A stretch of 64,000 bases of DNA. It comes from Octopus sinensis (lineage: Eukaryota). Positions 63,885 through 64,000 of the stretch are shown here, piece by piece; positions within the stretch are counted from its first letter, which is position 1, and every line of letters begins with the position of its first letter. The notes below the pieces were generated by a model that did no database searches, was not told the origin of the DNA, and saw only the letters and a list, made by a program, of their open reading frames with translations. The stretch spans positions 496,001-560,000 of the forward strand of contig NC_043010.1 in the NCBI RefSeq assembly GCF_006345805.1, written 5' to 3'. A program made the translations under genes and the position numbers.

Positions 63885-64000
63885 AAATTATGTAGCACTG
63901 GCTTGACACTTTATTTATTGCCCCTCCCCCTACCATCCCCTGAGAGGATGAAAGGTAAAATTGATCAGAGCAATAACTTAACTCAGGTCACAGTAAGATG
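63885..64000 (-). mobile_element. SINE family F fragment running off the window end
   Basis: gaggatgaaaggtaaaattga..aactcag is the reverse of ctgagtt..tcaactttgcctttcatcc. Confidence 0.6.

Overview
Eukaryotic, very AT- and microsatellite-rich DNA, almost certainly from an octopus (inferred from the coleoid-type protocadherin and the SINE repertoire). One protein-coding gene is well supported: a + strand protocadherin. It has a single large exon (53814-56243: signal peptide, 6 cadherin repeats, TM), a phase-compatible cytoplasmic exon (62251-62398) joined through an apparent GC-AG intron, and possibly a tiny terminal exon. The rest is a transposable-element graveyard: about 15 copies or fragments of one modular tRNA-derived SINE, several other SINE families, RTE-clade LINE fragments and solo tails, three Penelope-like element (PLE) remnants from two lineages, mariner and hAT relics, MITEs and Helitron-like ends. 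The most interesting signals are (i) a dispersed ~180-bp repeat in AT-rich/(TA)n context carrying a type I hammerhead ribozyme with an unusually extended stem II (28068-28250, 32231-32420), plus a minimal hammerhead-like motif at ~14450, (ii) long near-perfect palindromes embedded in (TA)n, one inside the protocadherin intron, and (iii) the GC splice donor. All alignments, folds and translations were done by eye; repeat boundaries are approximate and family names are not database-verified. Almost all ORFs in the supplied track are microsatellite artefacts.
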